In this document: in pieces, positions 38,369 to 48,118 of the stretch | Layout of the letters: each line of letters opens with the position of its first letter | Position numbering within the stretch: position 1 is the stretch's first letter | From: Chiloscyllium plagiosum | Taxonomy: Eukaryota | Assembly: GCF_004010195.1 (NCBI RefSeq) | Contig: NC_057719.1 | Coordinates: 58,676,010-58,724,127, forward strand | Length of the DNA stretch: 48,118 bases | Reading direction: 5' to 3' | Notes under the pieces: generated by a model | Told to the model about the DNA's origin: nothing | What the model saw: the letters and a program-made list of their open reading frames with translations, nothing else | Database searches by the model: none | Made by a program: the position numbers and the translations under genes

Positions 38369-41300
38369 CTGAGAATAATGCGATAGAAGCAGGTAAGCAA
38401 TAAGCAGCATGGCACAGAGAAAGAAGGAAATGTCATTATTCAAAAGTCTGCAATGAAGCTTCATTGGGTAAATTCCCCTAAACTATCATCTCCTCCTTAA
38501 TTAATGTTTAAATTTATTGTAACCTGAATGTATAAAGAGGCCACATTTTGCTGTACTGTGATATAATTAATTGCAATAATTAAATGTATATTCTCTTGGA
38601 TAACTAGGTTAATTTAATCCAAGCTGTTATAAGTAAGCTGGTGTTGAATTTTTCATTCTTACACGATTCCATATATAAAATGCATACTTATTATTTGTTT
38701 AGAGAAAAGAAAAGATAAGTTTTTTTAAAAAGTACTTTTACGCACAACTTGATAAAGGGTAAAAATGCCTTTGTTGTGAGTAAATATTTGTCCAGTCATT
38801 GCTTTTAGGAAAGGGGTCAGTTCAGTGTGGAGTCTGGTCTCCATGTAGTGCCATTGATTAGCTATCAGATGAAAAATGTTAATCAGTAACTTTGGGTGTT
38901 ACTGATCAGTTGAAATGCATTTAGCTTTATTCAAAATGGCCTAAAGTGAAACAATTCATAATCCTTAACCTTTCCTGCAAATATTGCACAAGATGTTTAG
39001 AAAGGAAAACCTGTTGTTCTGTGGTTAACCAATTCTTCATAGATTTTGTCATCACTGCTGAATTGTCATTCTTTACATTTTGCATTTAATTAGACAGTCA
39101 CAGCCTATCTCAAATATTAGTGACCAATATCAAATAAAAACTGATTTCCTCCTGTTTAAATGACAGCCTATTTCAGCTAATTAAAAAGCCACAGGACAAA
39201 GTGACAATGTGTACATAAACACCATTGCTTAGAAACCAAAGTGGGAAATAACCGATAATGGATTCACAGGCTAGAGCATTTCAGAGTGACATAGCATATA
39301 TAGTATACTACTACATGTCTAAGATGTTGAAATTAATGACAATGAGAGTGATTAATATATTTAGCAAAAAGAATTAAGACGATTATCCCATGTTACTTAA
39401 AATACTTAAAATACAATTTAGGTTGCATTTAAATTGTAGCTGTTGGTGAGATTTACAGTACCTTATTTATATTCTTCCAATTTGAATTCTTTCAAAGGAG
39501 ACTTTGGCGTATGTGTATTTACATGCTTGGTGGAGCTCCATCCCTAGTCATTTGGGTTTAAATGATTTTAGTGTGCTGATAGAAAAGGTAAATTTTATAC
39601 ATCTACATGTGATTTAAAAGGTGCTCTGGAAAGCCAAAGGATCCCGAGAATTACTCAGTTTGACTTCAATCAGATTTATACTTTGACTTTTAAGCACAGT
39701 CAGTGTGCCTTCTGTAGGGAATCTCAAACCACTCCTTCTGGAGCTATTTGAAACCAAATCAATCATTTTTGCACTTACGACTTTTTAATCATACTCTTGT
39801 GTTTTTCAATTACGTTACAGTTGCAGTTTAGATGTACATATTAAATTGCACTTTGAGTTTTGGTTAATGTAGTTAATTGTCCTTGAAACATGTTTCTATT
39901 TGTACAACTAGTTGTGCATACAGGTTGGTTCTACTTTGAAAGGAAAGCATCATTGTTGCTCAAGTGCTGTTTTGTAAAACAGTTCCAGAATTTGGTACCA
40001 GCCCAAGCCAAAGTTGAGATGCATTACCTGTAAAGCAATTGCATGCACTTGCACACTGCACCATGGAGAAGCCTACAATTCTCAGAGCCATGTTATCACT
40101 TTGCCTCCTTATTTATGGCAAGAGTGAATTAAACATATTCTTCCTAATCCAACAGTAGATAGCAAACTTACTGTCCCTTAAGATTGCATGCTCCAACCTA
40201 GGAAAAGCCAAATGAGTAAAAGTTAATGAGCGTGGCTACCTTCAGAGAAAATGGCACTGTCATCCTCACTCTGCCTTAAGGCTAAATTTGTGGCTGTGAA
40301 CAGTGCAGATTTCAGTGAAGATGTCAATTGGAGGTACCCAACACACTGTTCATCATTTAGTTTGAGGTAGGAGAGTCACTCCTTGACCACTGGGCTGATA
40401 TGGCTTCCTGGTGCAGTGCAAATATTGCACTTCCATCCCTGTTTTCCAACAAACACTAGGTAAATGGCCAAATCCCATTCTTCAGTTCAGATACACCATG
40501 ATGCAGTCCAAACAATTCAGAATGTGGTTGGTGTCAGATTGCAGTCAACACAGAGAGCGAATGAGTACAGCTACTATTCAAAATGAAAACTGTTCACCAC
40601 TTAGAACTACAGAATTTTCTTTTCGTAGCTTCAGCCTTTTCATAACCACTATCATGTTCTGACGAAATGCCACTTGGACTTGCGAGGACATGTTAGCCTG
40701 TGATCAGTCATGATTGTACAGTAATGTAAGTATGTTTGCTAAAAGGTAGATTTAATAGGATTAAATCAAAAATGTGTTCCTACAACTACATCAAAACAAG
40801 AATAGTTACAAATTGGAATTTAAGCAAAGATTCAGTACCCCTGCTAAAAATGAAACTGTGCTTGTTGGAGTTCTATGATGCATTGATAATTTGAAAAGGG
40901 AGTTAAATTTTGTTTGATTAAACAAACAGAGTTTATTAAAGTAATTTGAATGCACTTTTTTAGCTTGTCCACATTAGGAAGCACAATGAAAGAGAGAGAA
41001 AATGATAGGAGCATAAGCTCTGGATAGGCTATGGTAATATTTGAATATAGCTGTTCTCTTTGGCTGCGTCAAAGGACAGTTATGCTAGGTCAGCAGAAAT
41101 GCCCCTTTTAGTGATGGTCATTTAGTGTTCTCTTGGTAGAGATCCAGCAGAGAAAGGTTCTTTTATTTGGGACTGAGAGGAATTCTGAATGTTACAATAT
41201 GCAACATTCTGGAAGGATGCAACTAGAGCTGTGAACCAGTTAGATCTGTTCACAGTTTTTTGACACATGTGGCCTTGATAGTTGCTGACCATTTTAGTTC

Positions 41301-42633
41301 TGGAAAACAGGGAGATTGCATTTATCCTTGTGGCAAATCCACTATTTCTGATTCCCAGCTGAATTGTAGTATGGAGTCAATTCTTTATGCAGTTTGGAAG
41401 ATAACTGCACCAAAACCTGTCAATGTGGTTCAAGGATTGTGATGATTGGTGTGAATTAGTGTCTGTGGACTTGGCGTTCCTGGCTTTCCTTCTTTCATCT
41501 AGCACCATAAAAGGCATGAAACATTGTAATTAGGATACCCAATACTAAAGTAAGTGAAAGCCTCTCAGATTTCACTTTGCCTTTTTTTTGAAATGGCAGA
41601 ATCCTTAAAGTCCTCTTAATGCTGTTAGTTCATGGAGAAATAATATGTTTGTTCCTTTGGTACACATTGAATTAGTCACCTCCTTCGTTCATTGATGTAC
41701 TGTAGGTTGGTTCATGTTACTTTGGTAGCCTGAAACAAGCCTGAGCACAGAAATTAGGAGCTGATGCAACTTCAATCATTGGCAATCTGTGCTCATAATA
41801 CATTTTAGTTATACATCAAATTTCACTGTGATGCAATTTAGCCTTCACAGCTTTCCTAGCACAAATCAGGCCTATATTTGTACCAGCAAAGTGGTCCCAG
41901 TCCTTCTTCTTTCCGATGTTAACTTCCTAGTTACTGTCCACTGTTCCTATCATTCATACAGAAAGTATTTAAAAAGTGGAAATGCTGATCATTCTGCACC
42001 ATCCTATTTTCCAGTCATTGCTATTCTTCCTACAGGACTAAGTGTTGAAAAGACAAACCCTAAAGCTTTGTTTTTTTAATGTGTGGAGCATTCATAATAA
42101 AGTGGATGAGTTAGTCATGCAGATAGATATAAATAGATATGATATATTTGGGATTTCAGAGACATGGCTGCAGGGTGACTAGAGGTGGGAATTGATTATC
42201 CAGAAGTACTCAGTTTTATGGAAAGACAGACATAAAGGAAAAGTAGGTGTGGTTGCATTGCTAGTTAAAGAGAAAATTCCTGCAATAGTGATGGAGGACA
42301 TTAGTTTTAGTGAAATGGAACCTGTGTGGGTAGAACTTAGAAATACCAAGGGGCAGAAAATGACAGTGAGATTTGTATATGAACTCCCAAACAATTGTCA
42401 ATGGTGGGAAAGTATTTCAACAGGGAATTAAAGATAAATGTACAGCTGTAATAATAAACAACTTTAATCTGCATATAGATTGGATAGAACTGGTCAGTAA
42501 CAATACCATACAAGAGGAATTCCTGAAGTATGTAAAGGATAGCTTTTTGGATCAATAAGTTAGGGAACTAATGAAGTTGAAACTTTATTGCTGGAACAGC
42601 ACAGCAGGTCAGGCAGCATCCAGGGAACAGGAG

Positions 42634-42669
42634 ATTCGACGTTTCGGGCACAGGCCCTTCTTCAGGAAT
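42634..42669 (-). ncRNA. Intact minimal type I hammerhead motif (sense to the GIY-YIG ORF)
   Basis: AUUC-CUGAAGA-A-GGGC-CUGU-GCCC-GAAA-CG-UC-GAAU. Confidence 0.85.
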
Positions 42670-42820
42670 GAGCAGAGAGTGTTCAGCAGGAGAAGATAAA
42701 AGGTAGGGAGGAGGGACTTGGAGGAGGGGCGTTGGAAATGTGATAGGTGGAAAGAGGTCAAGGTGAGGGTGATAGGTCGGAGTAGGATGGAGGCGGAGAG
42801 GTCAAGAAGAAGACTGCAGG

Positions 42821-43143
42821 TCAGGAAGGCGGTGCCGGGCTGGAGGGATCCGGCTGAGACAAGGTGGGGGGAGGGGGGATGAAGAAACTGGTGAAGTCCA
42901 AGTTCATCCCCTGCGGTTGGAGGGTTCCCAGTCGGAAGATAAGACGCTCCTCCTCCGACCGTCGGGTTGTTGTGGTTTGGCGGTGGATGAGTCCAATGAC
43001 CTGCATATCCTCGGTGGAGTGGGAGGGGGAGTTGAAATGCTGTGCTACAGGTTGGTTGGGTTGGTTCGTCCGGGTGGCCCAGAGGTGCTCTCTGAATCGC
43101 TCCGCAAGTAGGCGGCCTGTTTCCCCAATATAGAGGAGGCCAC
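42821..43143 (-). pseudogene. C-terminal part of Penelope GIY-YIG endonuclease (open frame, lacks GIY half and RT)
   Basis: CGLLYIGETGRLLAERFREHL...VAQHFNSPSHS...EERLIFRLGTLQPQGMN. The N-terminal ~36 aa of the track ORF are read-through of the inverted pLTR. Confidence 0.9.
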
Positions 43144-43179
43144 ATTCCTGAAGAAGGGCCTGTGCCCGAAACGTCGAAT
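43144..43179 (+). ncRNA. Intact minimal type I hammerhead motif (inverted copy)
   Basis: Stem I AUUC/GAAU; CUGAAGA 43148-43154; extra A; stem II GGGC/GCCC; GAAA 43168-43171; GUC triplet, predicted cleavage after 43175. Confidence 0.85.
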
Positions 43180-45574
43180 CTCCTGTTCCCTGGATGCTGC
43201 CTGACCTGCTGTGCTGTTCCAGCAATAAAGTTTCAACTTTGATCTCCAGCATCTGCAGACCTCACTTTCTCCAGGGAACTAATGAATTCAAGCCATTCAA
43301 ACTTGGTATGGTATAATCAGAAAGGGATAATTGGCAATCCAGCTGTGCAAGGCCCCTTGTGGAAGAGAGACCATAATATGATAGAATTCTTTATTAAGAT
43401 GAGTAGTGATGTAGATGATTTAGAGACTAGAATCCTGACCCTAAACAAAAGAAACTATGATGGTATGAAATGCAAGCTAGCTATGATACTTGGGCAACAT
43501 TACTTCACTGGTTGATTAGTGGACAGGCAAAAGCAAACATTTAAAGATTGCAAGGAGAAACTGCAGTAATTGTTCATTCCTGTCTGATATAAAAATAAAG
43601 TAGGAAAGGTGGCATGAACATGGTTAACAAGGGAAATTAGGGATAGTATTAGATCCAAGGAAGGGACCTTTAAATTAATCCAAAAAAAGCAGCAGACCTG
43701 AGGAATTGGAGCAGTTTAGATTTCAGCAAAGGAGGAGAAAGAGATGTAAAAGGGAAAAATAGAGTCCGAGAGTCTCCTTATAAGGTTCGTGCAAACTGAT
43801 TGTGAAAGCTTTTCCAGGTATGCGAAGAAAAGAAAGATTAGTGAAGACATTAGTCCCTTGCAGTCAGAAACAAGGGAGGTTATAATGGGGAACAAAGAGA
43901 TGACAATTAAATCTGTATTTTAGTCATTCTTCACTAAGGAGGACACAATGTCTCAAAGATGTAGGGGAATACAGAGTCTAGTGAGAGGAGGAACTGAAGG
44001 GAAATGGTGTTGGGGAAACTGATGGAATTAAAGGTCAATAAATCTTCAGGACCTGAGGATCTACATCCCAGAGTACTTAAGGAAGTGACCCGAGAAATAA
44101 TGGATGCATTTGTGCTCTTCTTTCAAGATTCCACAGACTTTGGGATGGATTTGTATGGATTGGAGGGGAGCTAGTGGTCCTAACTGTTTTTAAAATGAGG
44201 TATATAGAAAATTGTGAATCATAGACCAGTTAGCCTGACAAATGTCGTAAGGAAAATGCAAGAATCTGTTAGGAAAGCCTAAAATAGCTGAGAGGTTACT
44301 CAACACTGACAGGATTGGACAGAGTCAGCATGGATTTATGAAAGGGAAATTATTTTTGACAAGTTACTGGTACTTTTGAGTCAATAACTAGTAGTGTTGG
44401 TAAGGGAAACCAGTGGATGTCATTTACTCGGATTTTCGGAACGCTCTCAATCAGGTTCAACAGAAGTGTTTCGCAGATAAAATTAGAGTGAATGGGATCG
44501 GGAATAGTGTACTGACATGGATGGAGAACTGTTTGGCAGATAGGAAACAAAGAATAGGAATAAATGGATCTTTTTCCAAGTGGCTGGCTGTGACTAGTAT
44601 GGTACCTCAGGGGTCAGAGCCGAGATACCAGCTATTCACAAAACATAGTAATGATTTAGATTAGAGAACTAAATACAATATCTCCTAGTTTGTAGATGAA
44701 CAAAACTGGGTGGGTGGGTGAACTGTGAGAAGGATACAAAGATGCTTCCCTGTGATTTGGATTAGTTGAGTGAGTGGCAAAAACAGGAGGGTAGATTATT
44801 GTCTAAATACTGCTAGATTGGAATTGTTGAAAGTGTGCATGTAGGTGCAACAGCCATTGAAGAAGACAACTGATATATTGGTCTTCATAATAAGAGGATT
44901 CAAGTACAGGAGCAGAGGTGTCTTGCTGCAATTATACATGGCCTTGGTGAGACTATACCTTGAGAATTGTGTGCAGTATTGTCTTCTTTGTCTGTGCGAA
45001 GATGCTAAACTATTGAGGGAGTGCAACAAAAGGTTACCAGACTGATTCCTGGGATGGCAGGACTGACATAAGATGAGAGTTGGATCAGTTAGATTAGATT
45101 AGATTCCCTATTGTGTGGACTATATTTACGAAGTTTAGAAGAAAGAGAGGAGATCTCATAGATACCTATATAATTCTAACAGGACTAGACAGGGTAAATG
45201 CAGGAAGGATTTTACTGATGACTGGGCAGTCCAGAACCAGAGGTAGGGATACTGATTAGGTATTTAAGGACTGGAAGGAAGAGAAACTTCTTCACTCAGA
45301 GTTTGGCGTGTTGTAGAATTCTCTATCACAGAAAGTGGTTGAGGCCAAAACATTGAATTTTTTCAAGGAGTTACATACAGGTCTTAGGATTAAAAGGATC
45401 AAATGGTATGGGAAGAAAGCCGGAACAGTATACTGAGTTGGATATTAAAGGACCAAATGGATTACTCCTACTATGGTTTCTATCTTCTTTGTTTCAGTGC
45501 AAACTATGAATGCAAGCAAAATGTATTAAATTAGCTAAATCAATGCATATTTTTGCATTGGTTGGAATGCTTGT

Positions 45575-46090
45575 CATAGAATCATAGAATGGTTATAACA
45601 AAGAAAGAGGCTATTTGGCTGATCATATCCATATTTGTCCTCTAAATGAGCTACTCATCTGATCCTACTCCCCATCTTTTCAATATCACCCGCAAATTTT
45701 TCACTTCAGATTTATCTGAATCTTTTCTGGAGGCCTTTTCTGAATCTATCTCTATCATGCTCTTGTGCAAAGTGTTCCATATCCTAACAAAATGCCACTT
45801 GAAATTTTTTTTTATTATGTCATCATTGGTTCTTTTGCCAATCACTTTAAATCAACGCCTTTTTGTTTTTGGGCCTTCTGCCAGTGGATACTGCTTTGCC
45901 TTAACCCATAGCCAGGCATCCCACAATTTTGAAAACCTTAGTCAAATTTTCTTATAACCTTTTCTTCTCCAAGGGAACAGCCAATTAATCCATGCAACTG
46001 AAACCCCTCACCTCTGAAATTATACTTGTGAATCCTTTCTGCACCCTCGCAGCTTTCTTCAAGTGTGCGTAGAATTGATTAGAATATTCC
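45575..46090 (-). mobile_element. Old CR1 3' fragment
   Basis: Antisense tail catagaatcatagaatgg; VRIWNTL motif. Confidence 0.7.
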
Positions 46091-46554
46091 AGATTTTTAA
46101 ATTCATTTTACAGGATATGGGCATACTGGCTAAGCCAGCATTTATTACCTGTTTCTAATTGACAATGGTTTCATGGGCATCATTGGACTTCTAATTGAAG
46201 ATTTAAAAAAAAACTTTAATCATACCCAGGTCCCCAAAATATTACCTAGATTTCTGGAATCATAACTTAGTAATAACACCATGAGGCCAGCACTGCCCCC
46301 TCCCCCAGCGCCCACCAGCTGACCCAAGATTTCATGCAGTGTCCTCAAGGTATTCTATGATGCTTTTTATCAAGCCACATATTGACAATATGGCCAAAGA
46401 GTATCGGCTACTATGGATTCTGAAATGTCCTTTCAAATCATTATTTTCATAATCAACAGCTCACCCCAACTCTGGATGCTCATTTTACAGGTGATGATTT
46501 ACAGTTCTAATCATATCCAGCATAACTGACAGATAAATGCAGGAACAGTGAGTA

Positions 46555-46915
46555 ATAGAGTAATACATCACAGAAACAGACCCTTTGATCCAACCAGACG
46601 GAAGTGAGGACTGCAGATGCTGCAGATTAGAGTCGAGAGTGTGGTGCTGGAAAAGCACAGCAAGTCAGGCAGCATCCGAGGAGCAGGAAAATCGACATTT
46701 CGGGCTTTTGCCCGAAACGTCGATTTTCCTCCTTCTTTGGTCCAAACAGTCCTTGCCTCCCATAATTCCGAATTGAAGTAGTCTGACCTGCCTGCAGTTA
46801 GCCCATATCCCTTTAAATATTTCTTAATCACCTACTTATCTAAATGTCTTTTAAATGTTGTAACTGTACCCACATCCATTACTTCCTCTGGAAGTTCATT
46901 CCACATATGAACCAC
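46555..46915 (-). mobile_element. CR1 3' fragment with nested pLTR element
   Basis: VVHMWNELPEEVMDVGTVTTFKRHLDK and 3' UTR. Confidence 0.85.
46598..46734. mobile_element. Fold-back family A pLTR element whose inversion axis is hammerhead stem-loop II
   Basis: Hairpin 46685-46730 (aggaaaatcgacatttcgggc-TTTT-gcccgaaacgtcgattttcct, 1 mismatch); degenerate TSD ctttgatccaaccag 46583-46597 / ctttggtccaaacag 46735-46749. Confidence 0.88.
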
Positions 46916-48118
46916 TGGCTGAAAAGCAGGACGTCCAAGGTGGTTATCTCCGGTTTGCTTCCAGTTCCTCGGGCTGGTGAGGCCAGAAACAGGGAGATAA
47001 TGTACTTGAACGTGTGGCTGGGGAACTGGTGCAGGAAGCAAGGATTTAAATTCTTGGATCACTGGGGTATGTTTTGTGGTAAGCATAAATTCTACAAGAC
47101 AGACAGTCTGCACCTTAAGAGGTTAGGGACCAGCATTCTGGCAGGCAGGTTTGCTACTGCAACACAGCTACGTTTAAACTAAGTGGGGGGGACAAACTGG
47201 ATGTTTAAGAAGGAAATTGGAGGGAAAGTTAGAACAAGGGAAGTCAAGAAAGACAATTCTATCAATGAGGCAGAAAACTCAGAAAGGGATCATGCTGTAA
47301 GGTTGAGTGAAAAAGGAGTTGATGGGAAGGGTGAGGGCAGTAACAAATTAAAAATACTATACATGAATGCACGAAGCATTAGAAATAAGATGGATGAGCT
47401 TGAGGCTCTTTTGGAAATTGGCAGATACGATATTGTGGGGATAACTGAGACGCGGCTTCAAGTGGACAGGGCCTGAGAAATAAATATTCAAGGCTACACG
47501 TGCTATCGTAAGGACACACTGACGGGCAGAGGGGGTGGGGTGGCCATGTTGGTAAGGGATGATATTCAGTCCCTTGCGCAGGGGCACCTAGAATCAGGGG
47601 ATGTAGAGTCAGTGTGGATAGAGCTGAGAAATACTAAGGGTAAAAAGACCCTCTTGGGAGTTATCTACAGGCCCCCAAACAGTAGTCTGGATGTTGGATG
47701 TAAGATAAATCAGGAGCTGAAATTGGCCTGTCGCAAAGATGTTACTATAGTTGTTTTGGGGAATTTCAACATGCAGGTAGACTGGGAGAATCCGGATGGT
47801 ATTGGACCTCAAGAAAGAGACTTTGTGGAGTGCCTCAGAGATGGATTCTTAGAACAGCTGGTGCTGGAGTCGACCAGGGAGAAGGCAATTCTGGATCTGG
47901 TATTGGGCAACGAACCAGAATTGGTCAGGGACCTCGAAGTGAAGAAGCCATTGGGAAGTAGTGACCATAATACAATAAGTTTCAATCTGCAATTTGAGAG
48001 GGAGAGGGTACAATCGGAAGTGACAATATTTCTGTTGAATAAAGGGAACTATGGAGCTGTGAGGGAGGAGCTGGCCAAAGTTCAATGGTGCAATACTTTA
48101 GCAGGGATGACAGTGGAA
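46916..48118 (+). mobile_element. Younger CR1 LINE: ORF1 C-terminus (to 47182) and ORF2 APE endonuclease (ATG 47363), runs off window
   Basis: VVISGLLPVP...LNVWLGNWCRKQGFKFLDHW...DSLHL; MNARSIRNK...ITET; one in-frame TGA 47474-47476; YRPP, GNFN (catalytic D lost), LGSSDHN. Confidence 0.95.

Larger units (their letters stand above)
42574..43272 (-). mobile_element. Young 5'-truncated Penelope-like element, family A, with inverted pLTRs
   Basis: Perfect 97-bp inverted repeat 42574-42670 / 43143-43239, plus a 33-nt extension 43240-43272. TSD agggaactaatgaa 42562-42575 / 43273-43286. Internal GIY-YIG coding segment. Confidence 0.95.
42075..45495 (+). mobile_element. Decayed near-complete CR1 ORF2 + tail, interrupted by a Penelope insertion
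   Basis: YDIFGISETWL, VWVELRN, NFNLHIDW, RDHNMIEF, QHGFMKG, VPQGS; many stops. Confidence 0.9.

Noticed and set aside
42821..43252. 143-aa ORF as a functional standalone GIY-YIG nuclease
   Set aside because: Its N-terminus is antisense pLTR read-through, and the GIY half of the catalytic motif is missing.

Overview
Eukaryotic, AT-rich, repeat-dense vertebrate DNA. HE1-type tRNA SINEs and their CR1 partner tails point to an elasmobranch (shark/ray) genome, probably intronic or intergenic. There are no prokaryotic features and no complete protein-coding gene; nearly all long ORFs in the track are transposon fragments or chance. The window holds many decayed CR1 LINEs, RTE LINE fragments, two SINE families, a Tigger DNA transposon, a PIF/Harbinger Myb-like remnant, a solo LTR, two candidate minus-strand host exons and a ~4 kb TE-poor block. 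The most striking signal is a set of Penelope-like (PLE) insertions from at least four pLTR families carrying minimal type I hammerhead ribozyme motifs: core CUGANGA...GAAA-NN-UH, palindromic stem III, covarying stem II. Many are non-coding fold-back elements of 100-360 bp with 14-24 bp TSDs. One young copy (42574-43272) has two intact hammerhead motifs in a perfect 97-bp inverted repeat. Coordinates of old repeats are approximate and all calls were made by eye.
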